Shown: positions 39,242 through 50,681 of the stretch, piece by piece
Numbering within the stretch: position 1 is the stretch's first letter
How the letters are laid out: each line of letters opens with the position of its first letter
Source: an uncultured cyanobacterium
Lineage (GTDB): Bacteria; Cyanobacteriota; Cyanobacteriia; Cyanobacteriales; CAWCAG01
Direction: 5' to 3'
Length of the DNA stretch: 64,000 nucleotides
Assembly: GCA_963803805.1 (NCBI GenBank)
Contig: CAWDOD010000002.1
Coordinates: forward strand, 768,001 to 832,000
Position numbers and translations under genes: made by a program
Notes under the pieces: model-generated
What the model was told of the DNA's origin: nothing
What the model saw: only the letters and a program-made list of their open reading frames with translations
Database searches by the model: none

Positions 39242-40846
39242 ATGCAACCTCCCATACCACCACAAACCGTTTTAAGACAACAGTATAAAATCAAGAAAAC
39301 CATTGGTAAAGGTGGTTTTGGTAGAACTTACTTAGTAGAAGACTTAACTCGCTTTAGCGAAGTTTGTGTTCTAAAAGAATATTATCCCGCCAACCAAAAA
39401 AATACTTCTATTTTAAAAAAATCTAAAGAACTTTTTCAAAGAGAAGCCCAGGTTCTTTATAAAATTGACCATCCACAAATCCCCAAATTTAGAGCTGCTT
39501 TTGTAGCTGGAGGGCGCTTATTTTTGGTACAAGATTATGTAGCAGGAAAAACCTATAGTAAGTTACTAGAAGAACGTCAAATTCAAGGAGAAACTTTTAC
39601 TCAAACTGAAATAGTTAAGTTTTTCCAAGCAATGTTACCAGTTTTAGAACATATTCATAAGCAAGGGCTGATTCACCGTGATATTTCCCCTGATAATATT
39701 ATTCACAGAGAAAAAGATGACCTACCTGTATTAATTGATTTTGGGGTAGTGAAAGAAAAAGTAGCTCAGTTAGAAGAAGAAACTGCTGTTCAAGGAACTA
39801 CAGTGGGTAAAGTTGGTTACTCTCCTAATGAACAGCTACAAACAGGCAAAGTATTTCCTAGCAGCGACATTTATGCTTTAGCCGTAACGGGAGTAGTTCT
39901 TTTAACTGGGAAAGAACCCCAGGAATTATTCGACCAAAATACCATGACTTGGCGCTGGCAGCAGTGGATACCTACCCTTAATGTCCACTTAGCGGGGATT
40001 TTCAACCGGATGATGAGTCCCCGCCCTAATAGTCGTTACCAATCAGCCACAGAAGTTTCTCAAGCTTTACGTTCCATAGCTGATTTGGTTACTGACACAG
40101 CCTCTCCACACCAAGCTGAAACTTTAATACCTACAGGGGCAAATTTTGAAACTTTGATTCCTACAAAGGCAAATACCGAACTTAGCAATTCTTCTTCTGG
40201 AAGTCAGGTAACGTCTTTAGCAAAGGGAAGCATAAAAACTTACCAACGAAACAATAACTACCCTCAAAGAAAGAGTTCAAATCGTCATAGTAATAGCCCC
40301 TTAGCTATTTTACTGATTGGAGGTAGCATCCTGAGTGTTCTTATTGTTGCTTTTGCAGTGATGATTAAATCTTTAGTTTCTTCTCCGGGAGAAGTCGTTT
40401 CTCAACAACCGTTGACTAGTGTACAAACGGCCCCACCACCACCTCCACAAAGATTCCCTCCACCTCCAAGAAGGCCAGGTGATCCTAACTTCGGTGTTGC
40501 TTCAGAAATTCCTCCTCAAACAACTAAACGGATGAGAAGAGAAAATCTCTCTTTACAAGAGAATGAAAATGTCATCCAATCAGGTAGTTTAGAAAAGGAT
40601 ATGGGAATTTCTTACAAAGTTTCTTTGTCAGAAGGGCAGCGCTTAAACTTCGCTATCATTCGCGGAGAAGTGACAGTTTCTCTATTAGGAATCAATCAAC
40701 AACCTGTAAATTCTAGAGCAATTAATACTCGTTTGTGGCAAGGAACAGTTCCTAAAGATGGAACATATCTTATTGAAGTTAATCTCGTTAATGGTGTTGC
40801 TGCAAGCGAATATGATTTGGAGGTAAGCTTAGAAGCCGGATTTTAA
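39242..40846 (+). CDS. Hanks-type Ser/Thr protein kinase with TM and extracellular domain
   Basis: GKGGFG, VLKE, HRDISPDN, IDFG, SDIYAL; TM segment LAILLIGGSILSVLIVAFAV. Confidence 0.93.
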   Translation: MQPPIPPQTVLRQQYKIKKTIGKGGFGRTYLVEDLTRFSEVCVLKEYYPANQKNTSILKKSKELFQREAQVLYKIDHPQIPKFRAAFVAGGRLFLVQDYVAGKTYSKLLEERQIQGETFTQTEIVKFFQAMLPVLEHIHKQGLIHRDISPDNIIHREKDDLPVLIDFGVVKEKVAQLEEETAVQGTTVGKVGYSPNEQLQTGKVFPSSDIYALAVTGVVLLTGKEPQELFDQNTMTWRWQQWIPTLNVHLAGIFNRMMSPRPNSRYQSATEVSQALRSIADLVTDTASPHQAETLIPTGANFETLIPTKANTELSNSSSGSQVTSLAKGSIKTYQRNNNYPQRKSSNRHSNSPLAILLIGGSILSVLIVAFAVMIKSLVSSPGEVVSQQPLTSVQTAPPPPPQRFPPPPRRPGDPNFGVASEIPPQTTKRMRRENLSLQENENVIQSGSLEKDMGISYKVSLSEGQRLNFAIIRGEVTVSLLGINQQPVNSRAINTRLWQGTVPKDGTYLIEVNLVNGVAASEYDLEVSLEAGF

Positions 40847-40869
40847 TTGAATTTTGCTAATAGTCTAGT

Positions 40870-40898
40870 TGCTAATGGCTAATGGCTAATGGCTAATT
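40870..40898. repeat. STRR-like heptamer repeat
   Basis: gctaatg x3 then gctaatt. Confidence 0.7.
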
Positions 40899-40955
40899 GC
40901 TATAAGTATTTTTAGAAAATATAAGATCCCCAAGAAATTTTTAACTTATTACTGA

Positions 40956-41738
40956 TTACTTAACCTTAACTGCTGTACGCAAAATTTGTCCGGCTAAAAT
41001 AGCAGCCCCAAAACCATTATCAATATTAACCACACCAATACCAGTGGCGCAGGAATTAAGCATAGTTAACAAAGGTGTAACACCTCCAAAACTTGTGCCG
41101 TAACCGATGCTGGTGGGAACAGCTACTACCGGGCAATCTGCCATGCCAGCTACAACACTAGGCAACGCACCTTCCATTCCCGCTACAACAATTAAGACAT
41201 CAGCATCCTCAATGAGTTGACGATGACTAAGTAAGCGTTGAATACCTGCCACTCCCACATCCCACAACCGCTTAACCTCAAAGCCAGAAAATTCAGCAGT
41301 AAGGGCTGCTTCTTCTGCCACAGGTAAATCTGCTGTTCCCGCAGTAAGGATAGTCACAACTCCAGGCTTTTTTACAGAGGCATCTAGGGTTCCCAAAGTA
41401 CAAATCCGTGCTAAGGGATGATATTGCACTCCGGCAACTTGCTTTTCAATTTCTTCATATACCTTTGGTTCAATGCGCGTTGCCATTACCACAGGATTTG
41501 TTTGCGCCATGGTAGCCATAATTTGAGCAATTTGACTAGGAGTTTTTCCTAAACCCCAAATAACTTCAGGAAATCCGGTTCTAAGCTGACGATGATGGTC
41601 AATTTTAGCAAAATCATCAACTGGTTCAAAGGCTAAATGTTTAAGCTTATCAAGAGCAATTTCTGGAGAAAGTTGTCCCGTCGCTACTGCTTCAAGGAGA
41701 TATTTCAAGTTATTAGATTGATACATATCAGTTGTCAA
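40956..41738 (-). CDS. larB: LarB/CpmA (PurE-like) protein
   Basis: DHHRQLRTGFPEVIWG, AGTADLPVAEEA, AGMEGALPSVV, VVNIDNGFGAA. Confidence 0.92.
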   Translation of the reverse strand: MTTDMYQSNNLKYLLEAVATGQLSPEIALDKLKHLAFEPVDDFAKIDHHRQLRTGFPEVIWGLGKTPSQIAQIMATMAQTNPVVMATRIEPKVYEEIEKQVAGVQYHPLARICTLGTLDASVKKPGVVTILTAGTADLPVAEEAALTAEFSGFEVKRLWDVGVAGIQRLLSHRQLIEDADVLIVVAGMEGALPSVVAGMADCPVVAVPTSIGYGTSFGGVTPLLTMLNSCATGIGVVNIDNGFGAAILAGQILRTAVKVK

Positions 41739-41965
41739 TGATCAGTTATCAGTTATCAATTATATGTTTTGTAGGTAGGTTTATTGAGATTTATGGCAAG
41801 GGTTAATATCATAATTAAACCTTGCATCTACTGGTTGTTAATTATTAGCAATTAACGGAATGCACATCTTCAAATAATGACATCTAGTTTTCATCCCAAC
41901 CAAATTGGCAGTCTATTTTAATAGACTTTATATATTAGCCAGTAACTTAAGTTCCTGGCGAGCTA

Positions 41966-43792
41966 TTATTTAGTTAATTCTTTTTCAAAAGAAGCATCCT
42001 TCATTTCGTAGCTATTCCAAAACTTATCTGGTAAAGCCACATATTTGACACCTTTAATATGATTGCGTACTGCCCCTAAAGCTAAAGGATTGACTAAGTG
42101 AATCATAGGCAAATATTCTTGGGTTAAAATTTGTGTTTGGGCATATATTTCTTTACGCTTTTCTATATCTATTTCCCTCGCTCCTTGAATATATAAATCA
42201 CTAATTTGTTGTTCCCAATCATACACTTCTCTACCTTCGAGTTCTCCTTGTCCTGGTAAAGGTTTTTGATTGAAAGTATGCAACCCTCCTTCAACACTCC
42301 AAATATTGCTACCGCTATTAGGTTCGTTGCCCCCAGTGAAGCCTAGTAAATAGCATTCCCATTCTAGGGAATTAGAAAGTTTTTCTACTAAAGTATTAAA
42401 AGCAATAGGAGCAAAGTCTACTTGAATGCCAATTTTACTCAAATCTTGTTTGATTTGTGCTGCCATTGCTTCTCGGATTTTATTACCAGCATTAGTAATT
42501 AAACTAAAGCGTACACGGTTCCCTTCACCATCAAAAAGTTCATCCCCTCGATATTCAAACCCAGCTTCTTGTAATAACTGCCTAGATTTATCTAAATCGT
42601 AATCATAAACAGGTAAACCTTCTTTGGTAGAAAGGTAAAAAGGAGATTGAATAGAAATAGGAGAATTTTGTGGTTCACCGATACCACGAAAAATATTATT
42701 AACCATTGCTTCGCGATCTATAGCATGGGCAACAGCACGGCGAAATTCTACTGTATTAAACCAACGAGATTTAACCGGATCTACTAAAGGTTTGCCGTCT
42801 CGTTTACCTTTATTAAGGTTAAAAGAAAAGAAAGTTTGTCCATAAGCTGGCCCAGCATTATAGATACTAAAATCACCTTTTTCTTCCTCCCGTTTTAGTA
42901 GAGAGAAAAACTCTGGTGTAAGTCCTACTGCATCCAAACCACTAGAACGAAATTGTAATAAAGAAGTGTCGGTATTCTCAACAATTTCCCAGACTAATCT
43001 CTCAATATATGGTAACTGATTGCCTTGTTCATCTTTGCGCCAATAGTAAGGATTGCGCCTAAAAATAACCCTTTGATTAGTTTGATATCCTGCTAATTTG
43101 TAAGGGCCATTAACAATTACTTCTTTGGGTGGTGTATCAACTCCCCAAGTGCTTAAAAATTCAGGTTTACCGTCCTGGTTTTTTGTCTCCACCGCTTCCC
43201 TTAAAGCGTGTTCTGGTAATATGTATAACTCAGTTGTACCAAGAAAGGGAGCAAAGGATTCTGGAAGGGTGAATTTTACTTTCAAATCATCAAGCTTTTC
43301 TACTTTAGGAAAAGCCCTACTTTCACCAATTCTTAAAGCATCCCTCGCATCAGTAGGAATTTCTTCATTAAGATAAACATCATTATAGGTAAAGATAACA
43401 TCATCAGCCGTCAAAGGTTTACCATCAGACCATTTCAACCCTTCCCGCAGAGTGAAGGTGAATTCCAAACCGTCCTCAGAAATCTCCCAACTTTCTGCTA
43501 AAGCAGGCTCAATTTCTGCTGTTTGACTATTTTCTCCTACTAACCCTTCATAGGTACGCAAAAAGATGTGAGGAAATTCTTGGTTAAGGGCATAATTAAA
43601 AGTACTGGGATCACTTAACATTCCCGTTACCATCTCCGGAACTTTAGCAACGTCTTTTTCTAAAGCACTCAAGTTACAAGAACTAAGTGCCATAGCTAAA
43701 ATTGAGGCGATCGCCATAGTTAAGCAGCGTTGCCAATTGATAGTGGGGAAGGAAAACAGTTTCATCAATTTACCTAATTTCAATATCTGCAA
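41966..43792 (-). CDS. Peptide/nickel ABC transporter substrate-binding lipoprotein (family 5)
   Basis: Lipobox LSSC; PALAESWEIS, LREGLKWSDGKPLTADDV. Confidence 0.92.
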   Translation of the reverse strand: MQILKLGKLMKLFSFPTINWQRCLTMAIASILAMALSSCNLSALEKDVAKVPEMVTGMLSDPSTFNYALNQEFPHIFLRTYEGLVGENSQTAEIEPALAESWEISEDGLEFTFTLREGLKWSDGKPLTADDVIFTYNDVYLNEEIPTDARDALRIGESRAFPKVEKLDDLKVKFTLPESFAPFLGTTELYILPEHALREAVETKNQDGKPEFLSTWGVDTPPKEVIVNGPYKLAGYQTNQRVIFRRNPYYWRKDEQGNQLPYIERLVWEIVENTDTSLLQFRSSGLDAVGLTPEFFSLLKREEEKGDFSIYNAGPAYGQTFFSFNLNKGKRDGKPLVDPVKSRWFNTVEFRRAVAHAIDREAMVNNIFRGIGEPQNSPISIQSPFYLSTKEGLPVYDYDLDKSRQLLQEAGFEYRGDELFDGEGNRVRFSLITNAGNKIREAMAAQIKQDLSKIGIQVDFAPIAFNTLVEKLSNSLEWECYLLGFTGGNEPNSGSNIWSVEGGLHTFNQKPLPGQGELEGREVYDWEQQISDLYIQGAREIDIEKRKEIYAQTQILTQEYLPMIHLVNPLALGAVRNHIKGVKYVALPDKFWNSYEMKDASFEKELTK

Positions 43793-43885
43793 GTCATGTT
43801 AAACCTTTAGTGTTCTCTTGCTGAAGTTAACAACTAAGGCAAACAAATTAAATTTAGTATGAATTTTAAATATCATCATCAAAAG

Positions 43886-43959
43886 TCGGGATGACTGGAT
43901 TCGAACCAGCGGCCCCTTCGTCCCGAACGAAGTGCGCTACCAAGCTGCGCCACATCCCG
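43886..43959 (-). tRNA. trnP: tRNA-Pro(CGG)
   Basis: CGGGATGTGGCGCAGCTTGGTAGCGCACTTCGTTCGGGACGAAGGGGCCGCTGGTTCGAATCCAGTCATCCCGA; anticodon loop TT-CGG-GA; CCA not encoded. Confidence 0.97.
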
Positions 43960-44136
43960 CTATTTTAAGGTAATGATTATAACACATAAGCGTCGTGCAT
44001 TTCGGTCGTTTGTGGAGGAAGGAATATAGAAAATAGGGAATAGAGAATATTAATTGCTCTCTACTCCCTCAATTATTGATAAACTGAATCATTGGTCATT
44101 GATAATTGATCATTAACAACTGATAACTGAAAAGCT

Positions 44137-45015
44137 GTGGTAGTAAAACCAGATTGGTTACGGGTGAAAGCACCTCAATGGCAGCGCGTTGGTAGCGTTA
44201 AAGAAATCCTGCGTGACTTGTCTTTAAATACCGTTTGCGAAGAAGCCTCCTGTCCTAATATTGGTGAATGCTTCAGCGTTGGCACAGCCACTTTTTTAAT
44301 TATGGGGCCAGCTTGTACCCGTGCTTGCCCCTATTGTGATATAGATTTTGACAAAAAACCTCAAGCCTTAGATCCTACTGAACCCTTGCGTTTAGCCGAA
44401 GCAGTTAAACGCTTAGGATTAAATCATGTTGTGATTACCTCCGTTAACCGAGATGACTTAGCTGATGGTGGTGCAAGCCAATTTGTACTTTGTATAGAAC
44501 AAGTACGTAAAGTTTCTCCTCAAACCACAATCGAAGTATTGATCCCCGATTTATGTGGCAACTGGAATGCCCTAGAAACAATTTTACAAGCCCAACCCGA
44601 TGTACTCAATCACAACACTGAGACAATTAAGCGCTTATATAAAAGAGTACGTCCCCAAGGAAATTATCAGCGCTCCCTAGAACTTATACAGCGTACTCGC
44701 CAAATTGCCCCTTGGGTTTATAGCAAGTCAGGAATCATGGTAGGGCTAGGAGAATCGGACACTGAAGTTAGAGAAGTTATTACCGATTTACGTCGGGTAG
44801 ACTGCGATATTTTAACTATTGGACAATATTTGCAACCTTCCCAAAAACATCTAGGAGTGCAAGAATTTGTTACCCCAACTCAATTTGCGGCTTGGCAAGA
44901 ATTCGGTACATCGATCGGTTTTCTTCAAGTTGTTTCTAGCCCCCTCACTCGTAGTTCCTATCACGCAGAACAAGTGAAAGAATTAATGCAAAAGTATCCT
45001 CGCTCTAAGTTTTGA
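44137..45015 (+). CDS. lipA: Lipoyl synthase
   Basis: [26 protein letters not shown]. Confidence 0.97.
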   Translation: MVVKPDWLRVKAPQWQRVGSVKEILRDLSLNTVCEEASCPNIGECFSVGTATFLIMGPACTRACPYCDIDFDKKPQALDPTEPLRLAEAVKRLGLNHVVITSVNRDDLADGGASQFVLCIEQVRKVSPQTTIEVLIPDLCGNWNALETILQAQPDVLNHNTETIKRLYKRVRPQGNYQRSLELIQRTRQIAPWVYSKSGIMVGLGESDTEVREVITDLRRVDCDILTIGQYLQPSQKHLGVQEFVTPTQFAAWQEFGTSIGFLQVVSSPLTRSSYHAEQVKELMQKYPRSKF

Positions 45016-45568
45016 CCTGAGCTTAATTTAGTTAGTTTTAATTATTAAGTTATCAATAATTTTCATCTGAAAAGAGATTTTTATTGCTAGAATTAAAACA
45101 TTAATTTCAATCTCTTTGCTAATTCGTATTAACTACTAGCTAAATGCAAAGACTTGCTTTAAAATATTAGTAGTTACTGAGTTTGTAAGTGCAATTTCTT
45201 AATTGGTTTTTATAAACTAATTTCCTTACCTGTATCTGCACTTAGCTATCTTTATTAAGAAAAGACTTTGGCAATCTCCTCAATAAAGTCTCAACCCAAG
45301 TAAATATCAGCCCTAACCGCTATTCAAAATAAAAAACAGTCCGAAATCATGTTTTTTGGTGACGTAGATTAACATGAGATTTGATTGAAGTCACACAGGT
45401 TATTCCTGTAAATGCTTAAACTAATAGGTAAGGATGAGATAGCAACATAGCTATGTTGTCTTATTAAAAATCCCCTTGTTGATTAGTTACCCAAATTGGG
45501 AAATATAGCATTAAGCAGTGACTTAAAAGTTCAACCCTGCTATTGCCGTTCGTAATAGAGAAATCGTT

Positions 45569-46816
45569 ATGCCAGCTACTTCCTTTTACCTCGATACATC
45601 AAACACCGATACTCCACCTATTAATGGTTTTGGTATAAATGATACGAGCAATTCAGTTGGACAACCAGAAGATGGTTTGGTTGAACTAGAATTAGAAGAT
45701 AAAGACAAAAGCTCGTCAAAATCAGCCAGCCGTACTACTACAGATTTAGTTAGACTTTATCTCCAAGAAATTGGTCGAGTCCCCCTATTAAGAAGAGATC
45801 AAGAAGTTTCTGAAGCTCAAAAAATCCAACGTCATATGTCTTTGTTGGAAATGCGCGCAGAAATTGCTTCCCAGGGTGATGAAGTAGTTGAACGCTACTT
45901 GCAATTAATTGAAATCCACGACCGATTAGTATCTAAATTAGGTCACCGTCCTTCTTGGCAAAAATGGGCTACGGTTGCAGAAATGGATGTCCCCCAGATG
46001 AAGAGTGCCTTAGTAGCTGGAAAACAGCGTTGGGCCGAATCGGCTGGGCTTACCCCTAAAGAATTAGATAGCTTGCAAAAAGCCGGTATCAAAGCTAAGG
46101 AGCATATGATTAAAGCGAATTTGCGCTTAGTTGTCTCTGTCGCTAAAAAATACCAGAATCGTGGTTTAGAACTACTCGATTTAATTCAAGAAGGTACTTT
46201 AGGTATTGAAAGAGCAGTCGAGAAATTTGATCCTACCAAAGGTTATCGCTTCAGTACCTATGCCTATTGGTGGATTCGCCAAGGGATTACTAGGGCGATC
46301 GCCACTCAAAGTCGTACCATTCGCCTGCCAGTTCATATCACCGAGAAACTGAACAAAATCAAAAAAGCTCAACGCAAAATCTCCCAGGAAAAGGGCAGAA
46401 CCCCCACCATGGATGATGTTGCTAAAGAGCTAAACATGAGCGTACCGCAAATTCGCGAAGTGTTGTTGCGGGTTCCTCGTTCAGTATCTTTAGAAGTTAA
46501 AGTTGGTAAGGAAAAGGACACTGAATTAGGAGATTTACTAGAAACAGAATATATTTCTCCTGAAGAATCCTTGATGCGAGAAGCTTTACAAAGGGACTTG
46601 CATAATCTTCTAGCAGATTTGACTTCCCGTGAAAGAGATGTGATTCGGATGCGTTTCGGTTTAGGAGATGGCAACCCCTACTCATTAGCAGAAATTGGTC
46701 GCGCCCTTGATTTATCTCGTGAACGAGTCAGACAAATTGAATCAAAAGCACTACAAAAGTTACGTCAACCTAAGCGTCGGGAAAGAATTAGAGATTACCT
46801 GGATGCTTTAAGCTAA
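45569..46816 (+). CDS. sigC: Group 2 RNA polymerase sigma factor SigC
   Basis: MPATSFY start, TDLVRLYLQEIGRV, NLRLVVSVAKKY, FSTYAYWWIRQ, SRERVRQIE. Confidence 0.88.
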   Translation: MPATSFYLDTSNTDTPPINGFGINDTSNSVGQPEDGLVELELEDKDKSSSKSASRTTTDLVRLYLQEIGRVPLLRRDQEVSEAQKIQRHMSLLEMRAEIASQGDEVVERYLQLIEIHDRLVSKLGHRPSWQKWATVAEMDVPQMKSALVAGKQRWAESAGLTPKELDSLQKAGIKAKEHMIKANLRLVVSVAKKYQNRGLELLDLIQEGTLGIERAVEKFDPTKGYRFSTYAYWWIRQGITRAIATQSRTIRLPVHITEKLNKIKKAQRKISQEKGRTPTMDDVAKELNMSVPQIREVLLRVPRSVSLEVKVGKEKDTELGDLLETEYISPEESLMREALQRDLHNLLADLTSRERDVIRMRFGLGDGNPYSLAEIGRALDLSRERVRQIESKALQKLRQPKRRERIRDYLDALS

Positions 46817-46883
46817 AAGATTGAAGGGATTAAAAAATAACCTGGATGTTTTAAAATTTGATTAAGAGGAAAAGGATTTGTTC

Positions 46884-47813
46884 TTAGGGTTTATAAACCA
46901 CCCTAGCATCAAATCCTTTCGCTTTTAAAAGGTAAGCGCGGCTTTCTGCATAGGATCTGCTGTTAAAGCTTCCAGCGTTAACGTAGCTACCTCTTCTGGA
47001 TCGGGCTGAAATTGCTCTAGGTTCAGTTTCTAAAGCCCGATTGACTGCCTCAAGGCTGTCTCCTGGCACTACAACTACGTAGGGTTGGTTTTGAATAGTT
47101 GCTGCTACCAGTAGACCTAGTTTTTCTAGTGTTTCTTGCCCCGCTACTCCATCTGCCCGTAAGCCGTTATCCCTTTGAAATTGTCTTACCGCAGACTCTG
47201 TTTGTGAACCATAGATTCCATCTATCTGACTAAAGTAATATCTCCTCTGATTAAGTTCTCTCTGTAGAATCCTTACATCCTCACGATCATTAACTCTACC
47301 TCGACTTAAGCTTGTTGATATTAGCGTATTATTATTTCTGGTATCAAAAGCAGTACTTCGATTTCTTGTAGGTAGAGATGAGATATTTGTTAACCTATTC
47401 AACTCACCCCTTGTTTCAGGTCCAACTATGCCATCTACTCCTAAGCCATAATTGATTTGAAATCTTTCCACAGCAGTAGTCGTAGAAATATCAAAGAATT
47501 GATCCGGAGTGTCATTAAAATAGCCAAGTTGTCTTAACTGAGATTCAACTAGCCTAACTTCCTCACCAAAACTACCTTCTTGGAGAAAGTTAGATTGAGC
47601 TAATGTTTCTCCTGTTGTACTAAAAATCAAAAGTACACTAATTAGGGAAACGAGATAAAGTTGAGCATTTCCGGCTAAACCTTGTAGATCAGGTAAATTG
47701 TAATCTGGCGGCGACTCTGAAGTTTCCTCCTGGGCCAACTCTAATTGAAGATATGCAAAAGCTTCCATGATTTTGCTGTTTTTGCTAATTTTCCCGCTAG
47801 TATATAGCAACAT
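46884..47813 (-). CDS. Peptidoglycan-binding domain protein (two PG_binding_1 domains)
   Basis: TTTAVERFQINYGLGVDGIVGPET and TESAVRQFQRDNGLRADGVAGQET. Confidence 0.88.
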   Translation of the reverse strand: MLLYTSGKISKNSKIMEAFAYLQLELAQEETSESPPDYNLPDLQGLAGNAQLYLVSLISVLLIFSTTGETLAQSNFLQEGSFGEEVRLVESQLRQLGYFNDTPDQFFDISTTTAVERFQINYGLGVDGIVGPETRGELNRLTNISSLPTRNRSTAFDTRNNNTLISTSLSRGRVNDREDVRILQRELNQRRYYFSQIDGIYGSQTESAVRQFQRDNGLRADGVAGQETLEKLGLLVAATIQNQPYVVVVPGDSLEAVNRALETEPRAISARSRRGSYVNAGSFNSRSYAESRAYLLKAKGFDARVVYKP

Positions 47814-47964
47814 TGAGGGCTGGCTTGAGATTAATTTGCTGGAAACAAAAACTCAACAAAGTTTTTAAATAATTATGGCAATTAAGCCATAGAGAAGCAG
47901 TAGTTGAAGGCTGCCTTTTAAAAAACAACTTCAACTACGGACAACCCAGAGTATCGATTTTTGT

Positions 47965-48159
47965 TTAAATGATTCCTAAGCGATCGCAGATAACGGCACA
48001 GGATGCAGCAATAATAGTTAACGCTAAAGCCAGTAGAGGATGTTGTCCTTGGCTAACGGCAAAAGAGGTAACTATACCTGCTCCCACTGTAGCTATAGCC
48101 ATGGAAGTCCAGAAATTTTTATCAACCTTTTTCTTATACATGGGTGCTTCACTCAACAA
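47965..48159 (-). CDS. Small two-TM membrane protein
   Basis: 64 aa; two hydrophobic helices separated by SQGQHP. Confidence 0.65.
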   Translation of the reverse strand: MLSEAPMYKKKVDKNFWTSMAIATVGAGIVTSFAVSQGQHPLLALALTIIAASCAVICDRLGII

Positions 48160-48432
48160 GTTTAATTATGGGAAAAGTCATTTTTTAAGGAGAGATGTTA
48201 CCAAAAATACCATTTGGTTTTCGTATTGCTGAAAAGCAGAGACAATCTTGCAATCAAGGTTTAAACTTAGCTACTTTTCTTAACATGAATTGACCGAAAA
48301 ATTCTTGATTTCCTTACTGAATTACCCATTTTCACCAAGAATCATGATTGCTAACCCACGCTTTACTTGTGTACACTTCTTAAATTATGTAGATTTGTAA
48401 AAGTGTTAGGAGAGGCAAATCAATTTAACTTT

Positions 48433-49146
48433 ATGCAAACATTATTCCCCCCTAATTTTGCACCAACTCCTCAAACTGAAAACCAGCCCCTAAAACTTGT
48501 TGCCCTTGGAGACAGTTTAATTTATGGGTTCGGTGATCCCGTAGGTGGTGGTTGGGTAGAAAGACTACGCCGTCAGTGGATGTTTTCAGAAAGTCCTGGT
48601 CACGTTCTCTATAATCTTGGTATTAGGGGGGATGGAGTCATTCAAGTTTCCCAACGCCTAGAACAAGAATTTCGTACCCGTGGCGAGTTGCGTAACCGCT
48701 TACCAGACTTAATTATTTTATCAGTAGGAGTGAATGATTCCGCCCGCTTAGGTCACAGCAAAGGCAAGGGTTTTACAGAAGAAGAGGTTTTTCAATTCCA
48801 ACTAGCCCAACTACTAAACCGCGCTAAAGGGCTATGTCCTGTATTATTTGTGGGCATGGTTCCAGTAGATGAGCAGAAAATGCCTTTTCTCAACTGCCTT
48901 TACTATAATCACCAGGATCAATATCTTTACAAAGAAATGACTCGTCAAGCTTGTGAAGCAAGGAAAATACCTTACTTAGATATTTTCGATATCTGGCTGA
49001 AAAGGGGAGAAAATTGGCTTGCCCCTCATCTTAGTGCAGATGGGCTTCATCCTAACGTTAAAGGGTATCAAGCTTTGCTCGAAGATATACTAGCTTGGGA
49101 ACCTGTGGCTAAGCTAAATTATCCAAGCCAGCTTAAGCATCTTTGA
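48433..49146 (+). CDS. GDSL/SGNH hydrolase
   Basis: ALGDSL, NLGIRG, GVND, DGLHP; ATG 48433 is the likely start. Confidence 0.9.
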   Translation: MQTLFPPNFAPTPQTENQPLKLVALGDSLIYGFGDPVGGGWVERLRRQWMFSESPGHVLYNLGIRGDGVIQVSQRLEQEFRTRGELRNRLPDLIILSVGVNDSARLGHSKGKGFTEEEVFQFQLAQLLNRAKGLCPVLFVGMVPVDEQKMPFLNCLYYNHQDQYLYKEMTRQACEARKIPYLDIFDIWLKRGENWLAPHLSADGLHPNVKGYQALLEDILAWEPVAKLNYPSQLKHL

Positions 49147-49171
49147 ATTTTGCTAATGCGCCTAGTACGTC

Positions 49172-49256
49172 GATTTGCTTTTAAACACTTAAGTCCTTAT
49201 TTTGTGAGGGTTTTGCCTTATACAGGGTCTCCAAATAGATTTGCTTTTAAACACTT
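49172..49256. repeat. 19-bp direct repeat pair
   Basis: gatttgcttttaaacactt at 49172-49190 and 49238-49256. Confidence 0.8.
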
Positions 49257-50681
49257 TTACGCCCAAAAGGGAAGATAGCGAGCATAGCGTGTGGAAGCTG
49301 ATTCAGAATCGTCTTGCTTAATCAAACCATCTTCCTTTGTGGCTCTAATTACAATAGAAATTGCTGATGTCGATTTTTTAGAATCGCTCATCTTAAAACG
49401 CTCTCGTAAAGTTTGGTTTGACATCCGTTGATTGCTAACGTAGAGTAAGCAACAATGCTGATAACAAGCTCGGATGCGGTCTGATTTACTCATATCAGAA
49501 AAATTTTTGTGGGAAAACAAAATTGCTGTAGTGCGAGTTTCTCCTGCTCTAAAATCCGGTGCTGGTAATTGAAAAACTTCTACAGCTTCAATCACTTTGT
49601 CAATGCCGCTACCTTTTTCTTCACAAATTTTGAAGCGTCGCATTATGTCAGCAAGTTGTTCATTGCGAGAACGATATTCATCAATAAAACGTTCTACTTT
49701 AATAGGAGGAATTCCAGGGTTAGAAATTTCAATGCGATCACTATACATTTCAATCATCACCGAAGTTCCTGTAGACAGAAAATCCTGATGGATTAGAGCA
49801 TTAGCAATTAATTCCCTAAGCGCCTGTATAGGGAACATCTGCACTTCTTCACGCACAACTTGTTCAATAAAATGGTTTTGTGGTGCAGATGAATGAACAG
49901 AGTTTACTAACTCTTTAAATCCAACAGCATAACCTTTCCGAATAGTAATTTCTGTTTTGGTTTTGAGTTTATTGATTCCGTCATAAATAGTAAAACGTGG
50001 TGCTTTCCGAGCTAATCCTGTTGAAAAAGCATCAAGCCTTTTTGCTAATACGATTGCAGCTAAGTTAGAAATATTCCAGCCTCGATTTGTTAAACGAATA
50101 AAATTTTCACTCTGAAGTCTTTCTAGTACAGCATCGCGATTGATCGGGTAGGGTATTTCTAATAATTCAAAATAGGTTTGGGTATCGAGTAGAGCAATAA
50201 CATCAGCAGGATTAGCACCAGAGTGTGCTGGTTTTGAAAACCAACTCTGCCTATCTTCAGCAAATATACGCTTGAGCATATCAGGAGTCATTGGCACTAA
50301 ATTCTCACCTGAGCGCATTAGGTAAGATCCCTCCAAAGCTAATGGCTGTCCTGTGGGGCGAGTAGGTATTTCAAACACTAAAATCCGGCCCTCTGGATGT
50401 GGTAACTCTGTAGTTTCTACTCGTAATCGAAGTTTCTCAAGAATAGACGCCTTGATTTTGTTGAGTTTTTCTGGTGTATCAAAAGCCTGAGAGCCAACAA
50501 CCTTGCGTGGAAGCTTATCAGTGACTCCGAAAACTAAGTACCCACCTCCCTCGTTGGCAATTGCTACACAATACCGCATCAACTTAGTTGTATCAAACTG
50601 ATTTTTAGCTTCTTTAAATTCTAGATGTTCAGTTTCTACAGGTTCAACAAGCCATTTTTTTATAGTATCAAGAGTAACCAC
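49257..50681 (-). CDS. AlbA_2 (Schlafen-like) + HATPase_c_4 (RecG C-terminal-like) + winged-helix protein
   Basis: ETEHLEFKEA, AIANEGGGYLVFGV, ALRELIANALIHQD, IEISNPG, CEEKGSGIDKV. Confidence 0.85.
   Translation of the reverse strand: MVTLDTIKKWLVEPVETEHLEFKEAKNQFDTTKLMRYCVAIANEGGGYLVFGVTDKLPRKVVGSQAFDTPEKLNKIKASILEKLRLRVETTELPHPEGRILVFEIPTRPTGQPLALEGSYLMRSGENLVPMTPDMLKRIFAEDRQSWFSKPAHSGANPADVIALLDTQTYFELLEIPYPINRDAVLERLQSENFIRLTNRGWNISNLAAIVLAKRLDAFSTGLARKAPRFTIYDGINKLKTKTEITIRKGYAVGFKELVNSVHSSAPQNHFIEQVVREEVQMFPIQALRELIANALIHQDFLSTGTSVMIEMYSDRIEISNPGIPPIKVERFIDEYRSRNEQLADIMRRFKICEEKGSGIDKVIEAVEVFQLPAPDFRAGETRTTAILFSHKNFSDMSKSDRIRACYQHCCLLYVSNQRMSNQTLRERFKMSDSKKSTSAISIVIRATKEDGLIKQDDSESASTRYARYLPFWA

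Noticed and set aside
43886-43959. tRNA-Pro as an integration site for an island
   Set aside because: No integrase or duplicated tRNA 3' end was noticed, and both flanks are housekeeping genes.
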